A DNA stretch of 64,000 nucleotides, from NCBI GenBank assembly GCA_951406725.2, contig OX597818.1, positions 133,858,001-133,922,000 on the forward strand. Direction: 5' to 3'. The position numbers and the translations under genes are program-made. Under the pieces are notes generated by a model, which saw nothing but the letters and a program-made list of their open reading frames with translations, had not been told where the DNA came from and did not search any database. Shown here in pieces: positions 53,479-64,000 of the stretch; position 1 is the stretch's first letter; each line of letters starts with the position of its first letter. This DNA comes from Octopus vulgaris. Lineage: Eukaryota.

Positions 53479-53549
53479 ACACCAACTTTTCCCTGTTTCC
53501 AAGCAAAATAATATTTCCTACCAGTCCAGACATGTTTTCTCAGAAATTT

Positions 53550-53835
53550 TCTTTTTTTTTATGTGCCCTTTTCAAGCCTTGCCAGGCTCATGGGCCCAGT
53601 TTCCTGGCTTCTGGACGCCAGTCCATCGCAGCATTTCTCAAGAAACAGGAAGAAAGAGTGAGAGAAAGTTGGGGCGAAAGAGTACAAAAGGGGTCACCAC
53701 CACCCTCTGCCAGAGCCTCGTGGAGCTTTAGGTGTTTTCACTGAATAAACACACACAACGCCCGGTCTGGGAATCGAAACCACGATCCTCCGACCATGAG
53801 TCCACTGCCCTAACCACTGGGCCATTGCACCTCCA
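53550..53835 (-). mobile_element. tRNA-derived SINE (family E)
   Basis: Head tggaggtgcaatggcccagtggttagggcag..ggtttcgattcccagaccggg and an A-rich tail. Confidence 0.75.
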
Positions 53836-53931
53836 CTCCCAGAAAATTACAAACAAATAATACCACTTACATGAAGGTGATATTTGTTTACAAATTAGCA
53901 AGCAATGTCAAAACAAGAGCACACAAACATA

Positions 53932-54297
53932 CATCATCATCATCGTTTAACATCCGTTTTCCGCACTAGCACGGGTTGGACGGTTCGACCGGGGTCCGGG
54001 AAGCCAGGGGCTGCACCAGGCTCCAGTCTGATCTGGCAGTGTTTCTACAGCTGGATGCCCTTCCTAACGCCAACCACTCTGCGAGTAAAGTGGGTGCTTT
54101 TTACGTGCCACCGGCACAGGTGCCAGGGGAGTCTAGCATCGGCCACGATCAGTTGGTGCTTTTAACATGCCACTGGTACGAAAGCCAGTCAAGGCGGCGC
54201 TGGCATCGGCCACGTTCGGATGGTGCTTTTTACGTGCCACCAGCATAGAAGCCAGTCGAGGCGGCGCTGGCATCGGCCACGTTCGGATGGTGGTTTT
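53932..54297 (-). mobile_element. Family A RTE 3' end with tandem units
   Basis: Conserved block plus three units. Confidence 0.82.
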
Positions 54298-56853
54298 TGT
54301 TCAGTTTCTGCCCGTCAAATCTACTCTCACAATTTTATCAGCTTGGGCTTATAGCAAAAGACACTTACTGGATGGCATGCAGTGGGACTTAATCTAGAAC
54401 CATGGGGTTGCACATTTCTTAACCACACAGCCATGTCTCCCTGTATAAGTCATTAAATTCAATGGGAATACATTGATGACCAGCAAACCAAGAATGTGAG
54501 CAATTAATGCCTTGCTACAGGTGTTGTATTTTATCATCATTGGTCAAGACACATAACTTTGAAATGGCCAAAACAGGAGCTGGAGAAGAACCAGTCAGGG
54601 AAGCATCAACATTCTACATTCATCTGTTTTCTATGTATAGATGGGTTTGAAGGGGCAATGCCGTTACAACAATCCACCACTTATTATGGCCCTTTGCCAT
54701 AATTTCCTTCATGAGATTCAGAAGTCTGAGATTATCATTCACCGCTTCTCTCCCTATCTCCTGCAAGCTCCTTCCACTTGGAATGCATTACCACTTCACA
54801 CGACTGTCATCCTTCATAAGCATCACTTGGCCATGGCTCATAATTTGCAGAGAGATGAAAGACAAATTATATCACAGACAAATGAAATGCAGTTCTGCAA
54901 GAGCATCTACTCCAGCGTGCTACTTTTTTCCACCACTACCCACCACACCATATCATATACATATATATATATATATAAATATGTATATGTATATGTATAT
55001 GTATATATATATATGTGTGTGTGTGTGTTACAATAAGAATATTTTAAAATCACATACATATATTTTTACTTCTAACAAGAAATGTCTGATGACTGCTAAA
55101 TCTTTCATCAAATTCCTTCATTTATCATGATTGAATCAACACATAGCTTCAGTGGGGGGATGTGGTGAAGGATGGATGTGTGCAATTTTGAAAGACTGTT
55201 TTTGTTTGTTTTGATTTTAGTTTGCTTGCTTTCTACTTTATTATTTTATTTTACTCTTTTTTTTTTTTTTTTTAAGTGGAAGCAAATTGACAGAACTGAT
55301 CAAATGAATATAGCATTAGAAATTTTAGCTCTATGAATAAATAAACATATCTATGAATAAATACATATATAAATAAGACAAGAATATTCTGACCGCTGTC
55401 TTGCTCTAGTGTCACTGCATTAAGCCAATGAGAGATAAATCTCACTTTGTATAGAAAGTCAGTACATTGCCGATAGTATTCTCTGAAGACCTAGATCCTA
55501 TTCATAATAACAAAGTTAGCTGCAACATACACTATTAAATGTACTAGCTGAGTATGAGCTGATACTCCCATAACATACTCCCACAACATCTATTCTGCTT
55601 CTACTCCCTTGCAAAACAAAAAGATAAAAAAATTCTGGTAGAGATATATTAGTAAGATATCCAAATGAAAAGGGAACTAAACTAAGCTACTTGCTCAAAA
55701 ATCACAAGTTGAAATTTCCTAGTGGCATGTGTGTGTGTATGTATGTGTGTACGCATGCACGCAGGTGTGTGTGCACACGTGCATGCGTGTGTGGACAGAA
55801 TATGGATGTAGGTACCGAATCAATCAGAAATGTTGTCTGTGTTGCATTGGTGTCCTTTCCAGAGAGAAAGATTTATCATCTGTTCACTTAATACTATTAA
55901 ACTGAAACCAAGAACCAAAATTTTACAAGCCTCCTGCGATTTAGAAGAAGAATTATAAGACTGCAAGGAAACTGAAATGAAGTGGTACAAACAATAACAA
56001 CAACAATAGTAAGACAAATCTGTGACATCTTAACGGCAAAATAAGAAACAACTAGAATATACCAATACACCAAAACTTTCAGATATTTCATAATGAAGAG
56101 AAATCTTCCCTATCATTGGTCACTGCTATATCATGGATAACAAGCCTATATCTAGTACCTATTTATACTAACAACATGAACAGTAACAAGTAAAATAAGG
56201 TGTGTTGATCAGAAATATAATAAAATGTGATCCAGTGAGAGTTTCTATGTGATTAGTTGATTCGCTAGAAACAGAAACCTAGTCCCCTACATATCACACC
56301 CTATTGTCTTCAAAAATGGAAGGACACATTGGATGACATATTCTTAGTTACACTGTTGCTGAAAAAAAAAAATAGGAAAACAGGATGATCTTGGTTACAA
56401 AGTTTTTGATCAGTGGTCTATTCAACCAGAGCCATCTTTCCTAAATTTAAACAACAACAGTTAAGAAGGACAGAGGAATCTATGGTCACAAATGTTGAGT
56501 AATGACCAAAAGGGTACGACCACAAAGACAAGCGGTCAAATTGAGGTTCCTCTGAAGGATCTTTAGAGTAAAGCTACTCAACATGGTAAATAGCTCAAAG
56601 ATCAGGGTGTCTCACCAAATCAAGCCACTATTTCACTGCATCAAGAGGTCACAGCTTTGGTATAATACATGCATGATTGGAGTGTTGCAGAAAAGAATTG
56701 CAAGATGCATTCTTCAAGCTAAGCAAACTGAAAGGACTCCTAGGCATACACTGAGAATGAAATGGATGGATAATATCCATAGTTTTAGTTGGTCATACTT
56801 GAGAATCCAGCAAGAAAATCTAATGACAGTTGCTTCTCATAGGACCCTATTAA

Positions 56854-57066
56854 CCCTTTTGTTACCAACCCGGCCAAAACTGGCTCTGGCTCTGTAGTAC
56901 AAATGTCTTATTTTCATAAATTTTGAATTAAAATCTTCCACCAAACCTTAGTCACAATTTATGTTCCTAACACTAACTGAATAACTTAGTTATTTTACTA
57001 ATTCTTTGTTATAGAGTAATTGAAAGAAACACAGAGTATCTCAAAATAAATACAGTAACGAAAGGG
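56854..57066. mobile_element. piggyBac-type MITE (second family) inserted in a LINE remnant
   Basis: TTAA|cccttttgttac ... gtaacgaaaggg|TTAA. Probable degenerate relative at about 44605-44876. Confidence 0.82.
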
Positions 57067-57472
57067 TTAAGGAGGGTGCCTGAGGACTCTACCTCCATGC
57101 TCCTCCCAAGAATAATTAATGGATGGAGAAAATGGATAGGATAGATGGATATAACAACTTGTTCTTACAGTATTTTCTTAGCAATCACAAATGATGCCAA
57201 AATAATTTTTTGATGATGTAATATAACTTGGCAAAAGAACCTGTTATGATCTCACTTTAAGCTATTTCATCTTCTCTTCCTCACAAAAACATAGTATACG
57301 ATTGAAATACCATAAACCATTTCATGTGTATCTTTCTACATTATCATCAACGTAATGGTTTCAAATTTTGGCTCAAATCCATATTTCATCCACTTTCCAT
57401 GCAATCATGGGTCAGACATGTCATTTTCATTTGAGGTCACTGTCCTTCCATATATAACTATATATAAATATC

Positions 57473-57800
57473 GTGAAGGCGCATGGCTTAGTGGTTAGGG
57501 CATTCAGCTTACAATCATAAGGTCTTGAGTTCAATTATTCCCGGGAAACATGTTGTGCCCTTGAGCAAGACACTTTATTTCACATTGTTCCAGTTCACTC
57601 AGCTGGCAAAAATGAGTAGTACCTGTATTTCAAAGGGCCAGCCTTGATACACAATGTGACACACTGAATCTCCTTGATAACTATGTTAAGGGTACATGTG
57701 TCTGTGGAGTGCTCAGCCAACTGTACATCAATTTCACAAGCAAGCTGTTCCATTCGTCATATCAGCTGGGACCCTCATCGTCGTAACTGATGGAGTGCTC
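57473..57800 (+). mobile_element. tRNA-derived CORE-type SINE (family D)
   Basis: ggcgcatggcttagtggttaggg..gagttcaat head and gtgcccttgagcaagacact block. Confidence 0.8.
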
Positions 57801-57865
57801 CTATATATATATATATATATCGGTGCCCCAGCATGGCCACAGCTCATGAGCTGAAACTAGAATCA

Positions 57866-57911
<46 letters not shown>

Positions 57912-57912
<1 letters not shown>

Positions 57913-58126
57913 TTTTACGTGCCACCTGGCACCTGTGCAGGTGGCACGTAAAAAGCACTCACTACACTCGCGGAGTGGTTGGCGTTAGGAAGGGCATCCA
58001 GCTGTAGAAACTCTGCCAGATCAGACTGGAGCCTGGTGCTGCCCCTGGCTTCCCAGACCCTGGTTGAACCGTCCAACCTGTGCTAGCGCGGAAAACGGAC
58101 GTTAAACGATGATGATGATGATGATG

Positions 58127-58127
<1 letters not shown>
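57912..58127 (+). mobile_element. Family A RTE 3' end with 5' foldback
   Basis: Conserved block, GAT tail and a 17-bp inverted duplication at the 5' junction. Confidence 0.82.
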
Positions 58128-58180
<53 letters not shown>

Positions 58181-58451
58181 TTGTGAAACCATTGGGGTCA
58201 GAGCTGATCTGCATATACCTACCAATGTGGTGTTGAGCACTCATTCTCACTGTTCAATACTAGCATCAACATATATGTAAAATATATATGTGTCACGCTG
58301 AATCTCCTTGATAACTATGTTAAGGGTATATGTGTCAAGGAGTGCTCAGCCACCTGCACATCAATTTCACAAGCAAGCTGTTCCATTCGTCATATCAGCT
58401 GGGACCCTCATCGTCGTAACTGATGGAGTGCTCCTATATATATATATATAT

Positions 58452-58546
<95 letters not shown>

Positions 58547-58713
58547 TAGATATAGATATATATGTATATATGTAAGTATATACATGTATGTGTGTATTGT
58601 ATATTCTTAAATTCTATATACATATATATTTGATTTTATACTCCTTTTTATATATATATATATAATTTTATATTCTTTGTGTGTGTGTGTGTGTGTGTGT
58701 GCATGCGTGCGTG

Positions 58714-58801
<88 letters not shown>

Positions 58802-59099
58802 TGTGTGCGTGCGTGCATGCGTGTGTGTGTGTGTGTGCGTTATGTACTCTATAGTCTTTATATTTATATACATATACGTTTTATATTCATAAGGCTGCTA
58901 GAATTGCCGAGCCAAACATCTAGCTTCGGTTTGTCTTCAGAGCACTTAGCATTAATAGAGAGAGATTTTGCAATGCAAGTTGCACAAGACTTAAATACTG
59001 CACAGGCCTTTCTAACATCATTGTTAACATCTTGTGTTGTCTTCATCATTATGTCTTATTGTCCTTTTATGTTCTTTGGGAATTTTGCATGTCCTTCTA

Positions 59100-61315
59100 A
59101 CTTTTTGCGTCACAAGACTTGTGGCAACGGAAAGGTAGCATCTGGTACACACCTGAGGGGTTGGTGGTATCTAGTCACCAACCTGCTCACAAGCAGCCTT
59201 TTGGTAGGTGTAAAGTCGCTTCCTCATCAACTCAAGATTTGGTTTCTCCATTAGGTGTCTGAGTAGTCTTTTGTAGGGGACAGTACTACTCACCAATGTA
59301 TTTGGAAGGGTTTAGAAAAGGTAACCCAAAAATTGCTTACGTCAAAAACTATCTGGTCAGTTTAGCAAAGCTGGCAGATGTCCATACAGTGCTTGAAACA
59401 ACAGAATCAGTAATGCAAATGCTAGCCAACAATGGGACTTAAGATTTCTTGTTGGAATGTTTGCACATTAGCTGATAATGCAAGAGCTTGTCCTAAGCAT
59501 AAAACAGCCATTCTTGCAAACAAACTACAAAAATATTCTGTAGATACATCTTTCATCAATTCAGGATCCATCTTTATAGGTGAACAACAAAACATCATCA
59601 TCATCATCATCATCATTGTTTAACGTCTGTTTTCTATGCTAGCATGGGTTGGACGGTTCGACAGGGGTCTGGGAAGCCAGGAGGCTGCACCAGGCTCCAG
59701 TCTGATCTGACAGTGTTTCTACAGCTGGATGCCCTTCCTAATGCCCACTACTCCGTGAGTGTAGTGGGTGCTTTTTATGTGGCACCGGCACAGGGGCCAG
59801 AAGAGGCTGGAAAACAGCCACAATTGGTTGGTGCTTTTACATGTCACCGACACAGACGCCAGTAAGGCAGCGCTGGCATCTGCCACATTCGGACGGTGCT
59901 TTTTACGTGCCACCAGCATGGGTATCTTAACTACAATTTCCATCTGATTTTTATTTTGACGCTGATGTTGACGTACTTGACTCAATAGGTCTCCTCAAGA
60001 ACAGCAGGTCACTCTACAGTCCAAGGTTAGCACAGCAGGCCGTCCTGCGAGCCATGAACTCACTTCATTTGTTGGGTCTTCACAGTCACAGCATATCTCA
60101 GAGGTCTTCGTCATTTCCTCTGTGAGGCCCTACATGCCACCGGCAAGGGTATCACAACCTACACAAGTTATTTAATATCTCTTCTGAATTCCTTGGTTTT
60201 CAAAATACTAATAATCAGGATTGGTTTGATGAAAATAATACAGAGATAACTCTGCAACTTGAGCATAAGTCTGCACTCAGAAAGTCACTTCTTCAGAATA
60301 GTTTATGCTCTATTAGAAGCAAAAAAAAATACAAGACAAGCTAAAAATGAGTTAAAGCAGTGATACAGAGAGCAATAAGAGGAGGGATTTGCCAAAAAAT
60401 ATTCAATCAGATGCTGATTGTTATGATGCTAAAAAGTTTTATTCTCTCACAAAAAATAAGCTCTTGTCTTAAAGCTGTAAGAATAACACTTTTACATTTT
60501 TCTTCAAAACACAAAACTGAATGTTGTAGATAAATTTACATATCATGGAAGTGTGATGAATTGTGTTTGTTCTTTACATGATCAAATAGCAAGCCATCTT
60601 CTAAAAGCATCTCAAGCTTTCAAGAATCTTTGAAGGGCAAGTTTGGCCTAATTGAGATATTACCAAAAACACAAAGACTGCAGTGTACAGGACTTGTATA
60701 TACATACATATTTGATTTTATACTCCTTTATATATATATATATAATTTTATATTCTTTTGTGTGTGTGTGTGTGTTATGTACTCTATAGTCTTTATATAT
60801 ATATTTATATGTTTTATACTCATAAGGCTTCTTTACTCATGTAAAGCAATGGTAGTACATAAGTAATTACTAGAGTGATTACAAGAGTGATTTCATCAGC
60901 ATTGTTCGTGCTCTACACTGAAAATTAAATGGTTGTACAAAGTACCAGATTCTGGGTACTTGACTGTGAGGATGGCATTGAAACTGAAAATCATTAGCAT
61001 TCACTTTGCTGGACTGGCCATCTGACAGGGGAATCTGATTAACGCATGCCCAAACAACTGTTATACGATTAGATGAAAGGAGCCTCAAAGAGGCCTCGAT
61101 GTAAACCAAACATGCATTTCAGAGATTTAATAAGTAGCTCTCAAAAGAATTTCAAAACAATACATGCAAACAGGGTGAGTGATGCAATGGTCCAATCAAA
61201 ATGGAGGAGAAAAATCCGAGAAGGTGCTGCCTTTTTTGAAGATAAACAAAAACATGCACTGATGAAAAGAAGCAAGAAAAGGTTTACTTGTGGCCAATGA
61301 TCCTTCTCTCCTAAC
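59100..61315 (+). mobile_element. Heavily deleted RTE LINE spanning endonuclease to C-terminus
   Basis: Colinear remnants LKISCWNVCTL..KTAILANKLQKY (APE start), NQDWFDENN, VVDKFTYHGS, KASQAF, LLYSC and RPRCKPNMHFRD..WRRKIREG. Confidence 0.72.
59593..60131 (-). mobile_element. Family A RTE 3' end nested in the older RTE
   Basis: Conserved block, two units and an upstream ORF-end-like segment. Confidence 0.8.
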
Positions 61316-61317
61316 TT

Positions 61318-62003
61318 GTGATATCTGTAACCATATTCAAGAAGGCTGAGGGTGTCTTGGCATCACTCACCAAATCCTTTGTGAGCCGCTCTCCGACTAT
61401 CTATCTGTGGCTTTATATAGCTAGGGTAAGACCTCACCTGGAATTTGCATCACCGGTCTGGAACCCCTATCTTGCCCAGGTTATCAATCGTCTGGAAGCC
61501 GTTCAGCGATGTGCAACCAAAAGAATAATACCCTCCATCAGGCATTTGCCATATCCTGAACGCCTTACTTCCCTGGGCATGGACACATTGAAACTCCGAC
61601 GTCTGGCAGCTGACTTGGCAGACACCCATAAAATTATCAACCATCGTACAAACAATAACTCTGAGTACCTTTTCAAACTCCACCCATCTAACACCCGTGG
61701 ACATATTTACAAAGTCAGAAAACAGCACAGCTCCCATGACTTTCGGAAACATTTTTTTACGCTGAGAGTTGCTGAAGCATGGAACAAACTGCCGGCATCA
61801 GTTGTTTGTTGTCGGAGCACTGCATCCTTCAAAACTTCCATGCTTTCTGAGATTCGCCAACACTACACCTGATTTTCTCCCATCCACATACATGCAAGCA
61901 TGTATCTATCTGACTCATGCATTGTTCGCTTTCCAGACATTTGTACATTACTGCATATACTCTGACAAGTTGTGGTGCACCTGAGCACTGTATACAATAA
62001 TTC

Positions 62004-62049
<46 letters not shown>
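61318..62049 (+). mobile_element. CR1-clade LINE 3' end (ORF2 C-terminus, 3' UTR, (ATT)n tail)
   Basis: LYIARVRPHLEFASPVWNPY..LEAVQRCATK..YPERL..L..RR..DL..TRGH..FFTLRVAEAWNKLP. Confidence 0.93.
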
Positions 62050-62299
62050 TCTCAAGCTAAACTAGTTAGTCATAAATGGAAGTACTTATTTAGGCCCTCT
62101 ACTGACTTTTCACAGTCACAATCTGATGAACAAATATTTTGGTTGCTTCTGCAATGTTACAACCCAGCTCAAACTCATAAAGTATAAGTTCCCAAATTAG
62201 ACTGTTGCACATTCATCTATGCAGCTTTCAAATCACATACAAAATGAAGCAATGCACGATATGTCAGCACATGAACAAACACAATACTACCACCTTTAG

Positions 62300-62575
62300 T
62301 GGGCACCTTAACTGCTTCACCCCGAAAAGCTCTATCTGCAACGATTTCATCTCAATCGAAGGAGAGCGGCTTTCTCCATCCGGGTTGCGGATCCATGGAA
62401 TAAGCTGCCAGATGAGATAGTGAAGATGCCAACGACCGCTCGGTTCAAAGTCTCTCTTGACCAGAAATGGCCTGAACTCTTTGCATGAACATCCTCCCTG
62501 TACATAACTCCATGTCCCCCTACATGGCCTTGCTTTTTGCTTTTTGAGCCAAAAAATTAACTTAACTTAACCTAA
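62300..62575 (+). mobile_element. Second CR1-family 3' fragment
   Basis: RVADPWNKLPDEIVKMPTTARFKVSLDQKW* followed by a (ttaac)n tail. Confidence 0.8.
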
Positions 62576-62765
62576 CAGTCACATGATATACATGCTGCAA
62601 ACTAGCACAAATGCAAATATTTTGACAGTGTGGTACAGTCAACCACAGTATATGCTATATGAAGAATGAAATGCAATATGGATCACAGCAAGATTGTGTG
62701 TATATATATGTTCAATAATGAATTAGAAGCAGTGCTAGTGTTATAAACATTATTGACCACATATA

Positions 62766-63142
62766 CTCAATGTATGTACCTTGCTTGTTTATGAGTAAGC
62801 TGCAATTTGGTGCAGTGGGGATGACTCTCCTCCCTTAGTGTTGGGTGATAAAACACCTGACAGACATAGGCAGGCAAGACAACTTACCTCAAATCCCATT
62901 CAGGAGCAATTGGCATCAATGTTTTGCCATTTCTATGGCTTATCAACATCACGTACTGGAACCAAACTAGAGGTGAGTTGAACAATGAAACATCGATGTC
63001 CATCACCCCTGAATGGGATTTGGGGCGAGCTGCCTCACCTTCCTATGACTCTCAGGTGTTTTAATACTCAGTGCTTTGAGGGAGTCATCCCCACTGCACC
63101 AATCGCAACCTACCAGCAAACAAGCAGAGCATAAATATTAAG
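62766..63142. mobile_element. Foldback MITE with ~170-bp imperfect TIRs and TA flanks
   Basis: ttggtgcagtggggatgactc/gagtcatccccactgcaccaa, aaaacacctga/tcaggtgtttt and caaatcccattcagg/cctgaatgggatttg. Confidence 0.8.
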
Positions 63143-63287
63143 TATGTGTAGCCATTAATATATATATATATATAATCATCATCATCATCATCATCGTTTA
63201 ATGTTCACCTTCCATGTTGGCATAGATTGGACAGTTTGACAGGATCTGGCCAGGCAAAAGACTGCACCAGACTTCTGTGATTGTTTT

Positions 63288-63602
63288 AATAATAATAATG
63301 AAATTATTATATACAGTGCTCAAGTGCACCACAACTTGTCAAAAGTGCATATAAAGTGTATGCAGTAATGTACAAATGTCTGGAAAGTGAACAGTGTATG
63401 AGTCAGATACATGCTTGAGTGTGTATGGAGGGGAGAAAATCAGGTGTAGTGTTGGCGAATCTCAGGAAGCATGGAAGTTTTGAAGGATGCAGTGCTCCAA
63501 CAACTAACAACTGATGCTGGCAGTTTGTTCCATGCTTCAGCAACTCTTAGCATAAAAAAATGTTTCCAAAAGTCATGGGAGCTGTGTTGTTTTCTGACTT
63601 TG
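63288..63602 (-). mobile_element. CR1 3' end (same family as 61318-62049) nested in a family A copy (63177-63650)
   Basis: KVRKQHSSHDFWKHFFMLRVAEAWNKLPASVV..EIRQHYT plus 3' UTR and ATT tail. Confidence 0.9.
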
Positions 63603-64000
63603 GCATGGGTTTTACAGCTGGATGTCCTTCTTAGCACCAACCATCCCGCAGAGCGGTTTATAAGGCAAACATTGGGAATGCTTGTGAATCGAACAAGTGT
63701 GTATATATATCTGCTCACTTAGATATGAAAAACCATAACCTCAAACTTCCTGTGCTTCCTACAACACTGTAACCCAGGTTGAGGCATTCCACTGATAATT
63801 TGCATCATGGGAATAGATATTGTGTACTCAACACTATTCTTAGCAAATTCTGCTAGACACTCAGGAGGTGATTTAATAAGAATATATCATGCTCCAACAA
63901 GCAAATGTGTAATCCTGGTAGTTAATTTCAAGAAACACATATATTTATTATAATACATAAAATACCATACCATATTTTCTGTGCTTAAATTATTGCTATA

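Noticed and set aside
53760-53835. tRNA genes (also at 57473, 36720 and 12045)
   Set aside because: These are SINE heads with A/B boxes but no complete cloverleaf, continuing into repeat bodies.
55927-55960. Possible micro-exon after the tttccttgcag acceptor (minus strand)
   Set aside because: Weak donor (gtaaaa) and no recognisable peptide.

Overview
AT-rich eukaryotic genomic DNA, saturated with microsatellites and transposons. The repeat content and (TA)n/(CA)n/(CAT)n density fit a coleoid cephalopod, most likely Octopus (inference from recognised repeat families). Only one host coding exon is confidently identifiable, and it is not in the ORF track: a 116-nt minus-strand exon (17551-17666) encoding the P-loop region of a kinesin-2 KIF17/OSM-3-type motor ([39 protein letters not shown]). 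No neighbouring kinesin exons were found, so the window appears to be mostly two very long introns. The rest is mobile DNA: about 19 3' ends of one RTE-clade LINE family with hypervariable internal minisatellites, other RTE and CR1 fragments, several tRNA-derived SINE families, three Tc1/mariner relics (one DD37D/maT), TTAA-flanked piggyBac-type MITEs, a hAT MITE, a foldback MITE and Helitron pieces. Most interesting: degenerate minimal hammerhead-ribozyme motifs in small (TA)n-embedded elements (one linked to a tRNA-derived head), an ~850-nt inverted-repeat hairpin just upstream of the kinesin exon, and candidate non-coding exons, one ending in an ATG in phase with the kinesin exon. No intact novel protein-coding system is supported. 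Repeat boundaries are approximate unless TSDs are given.
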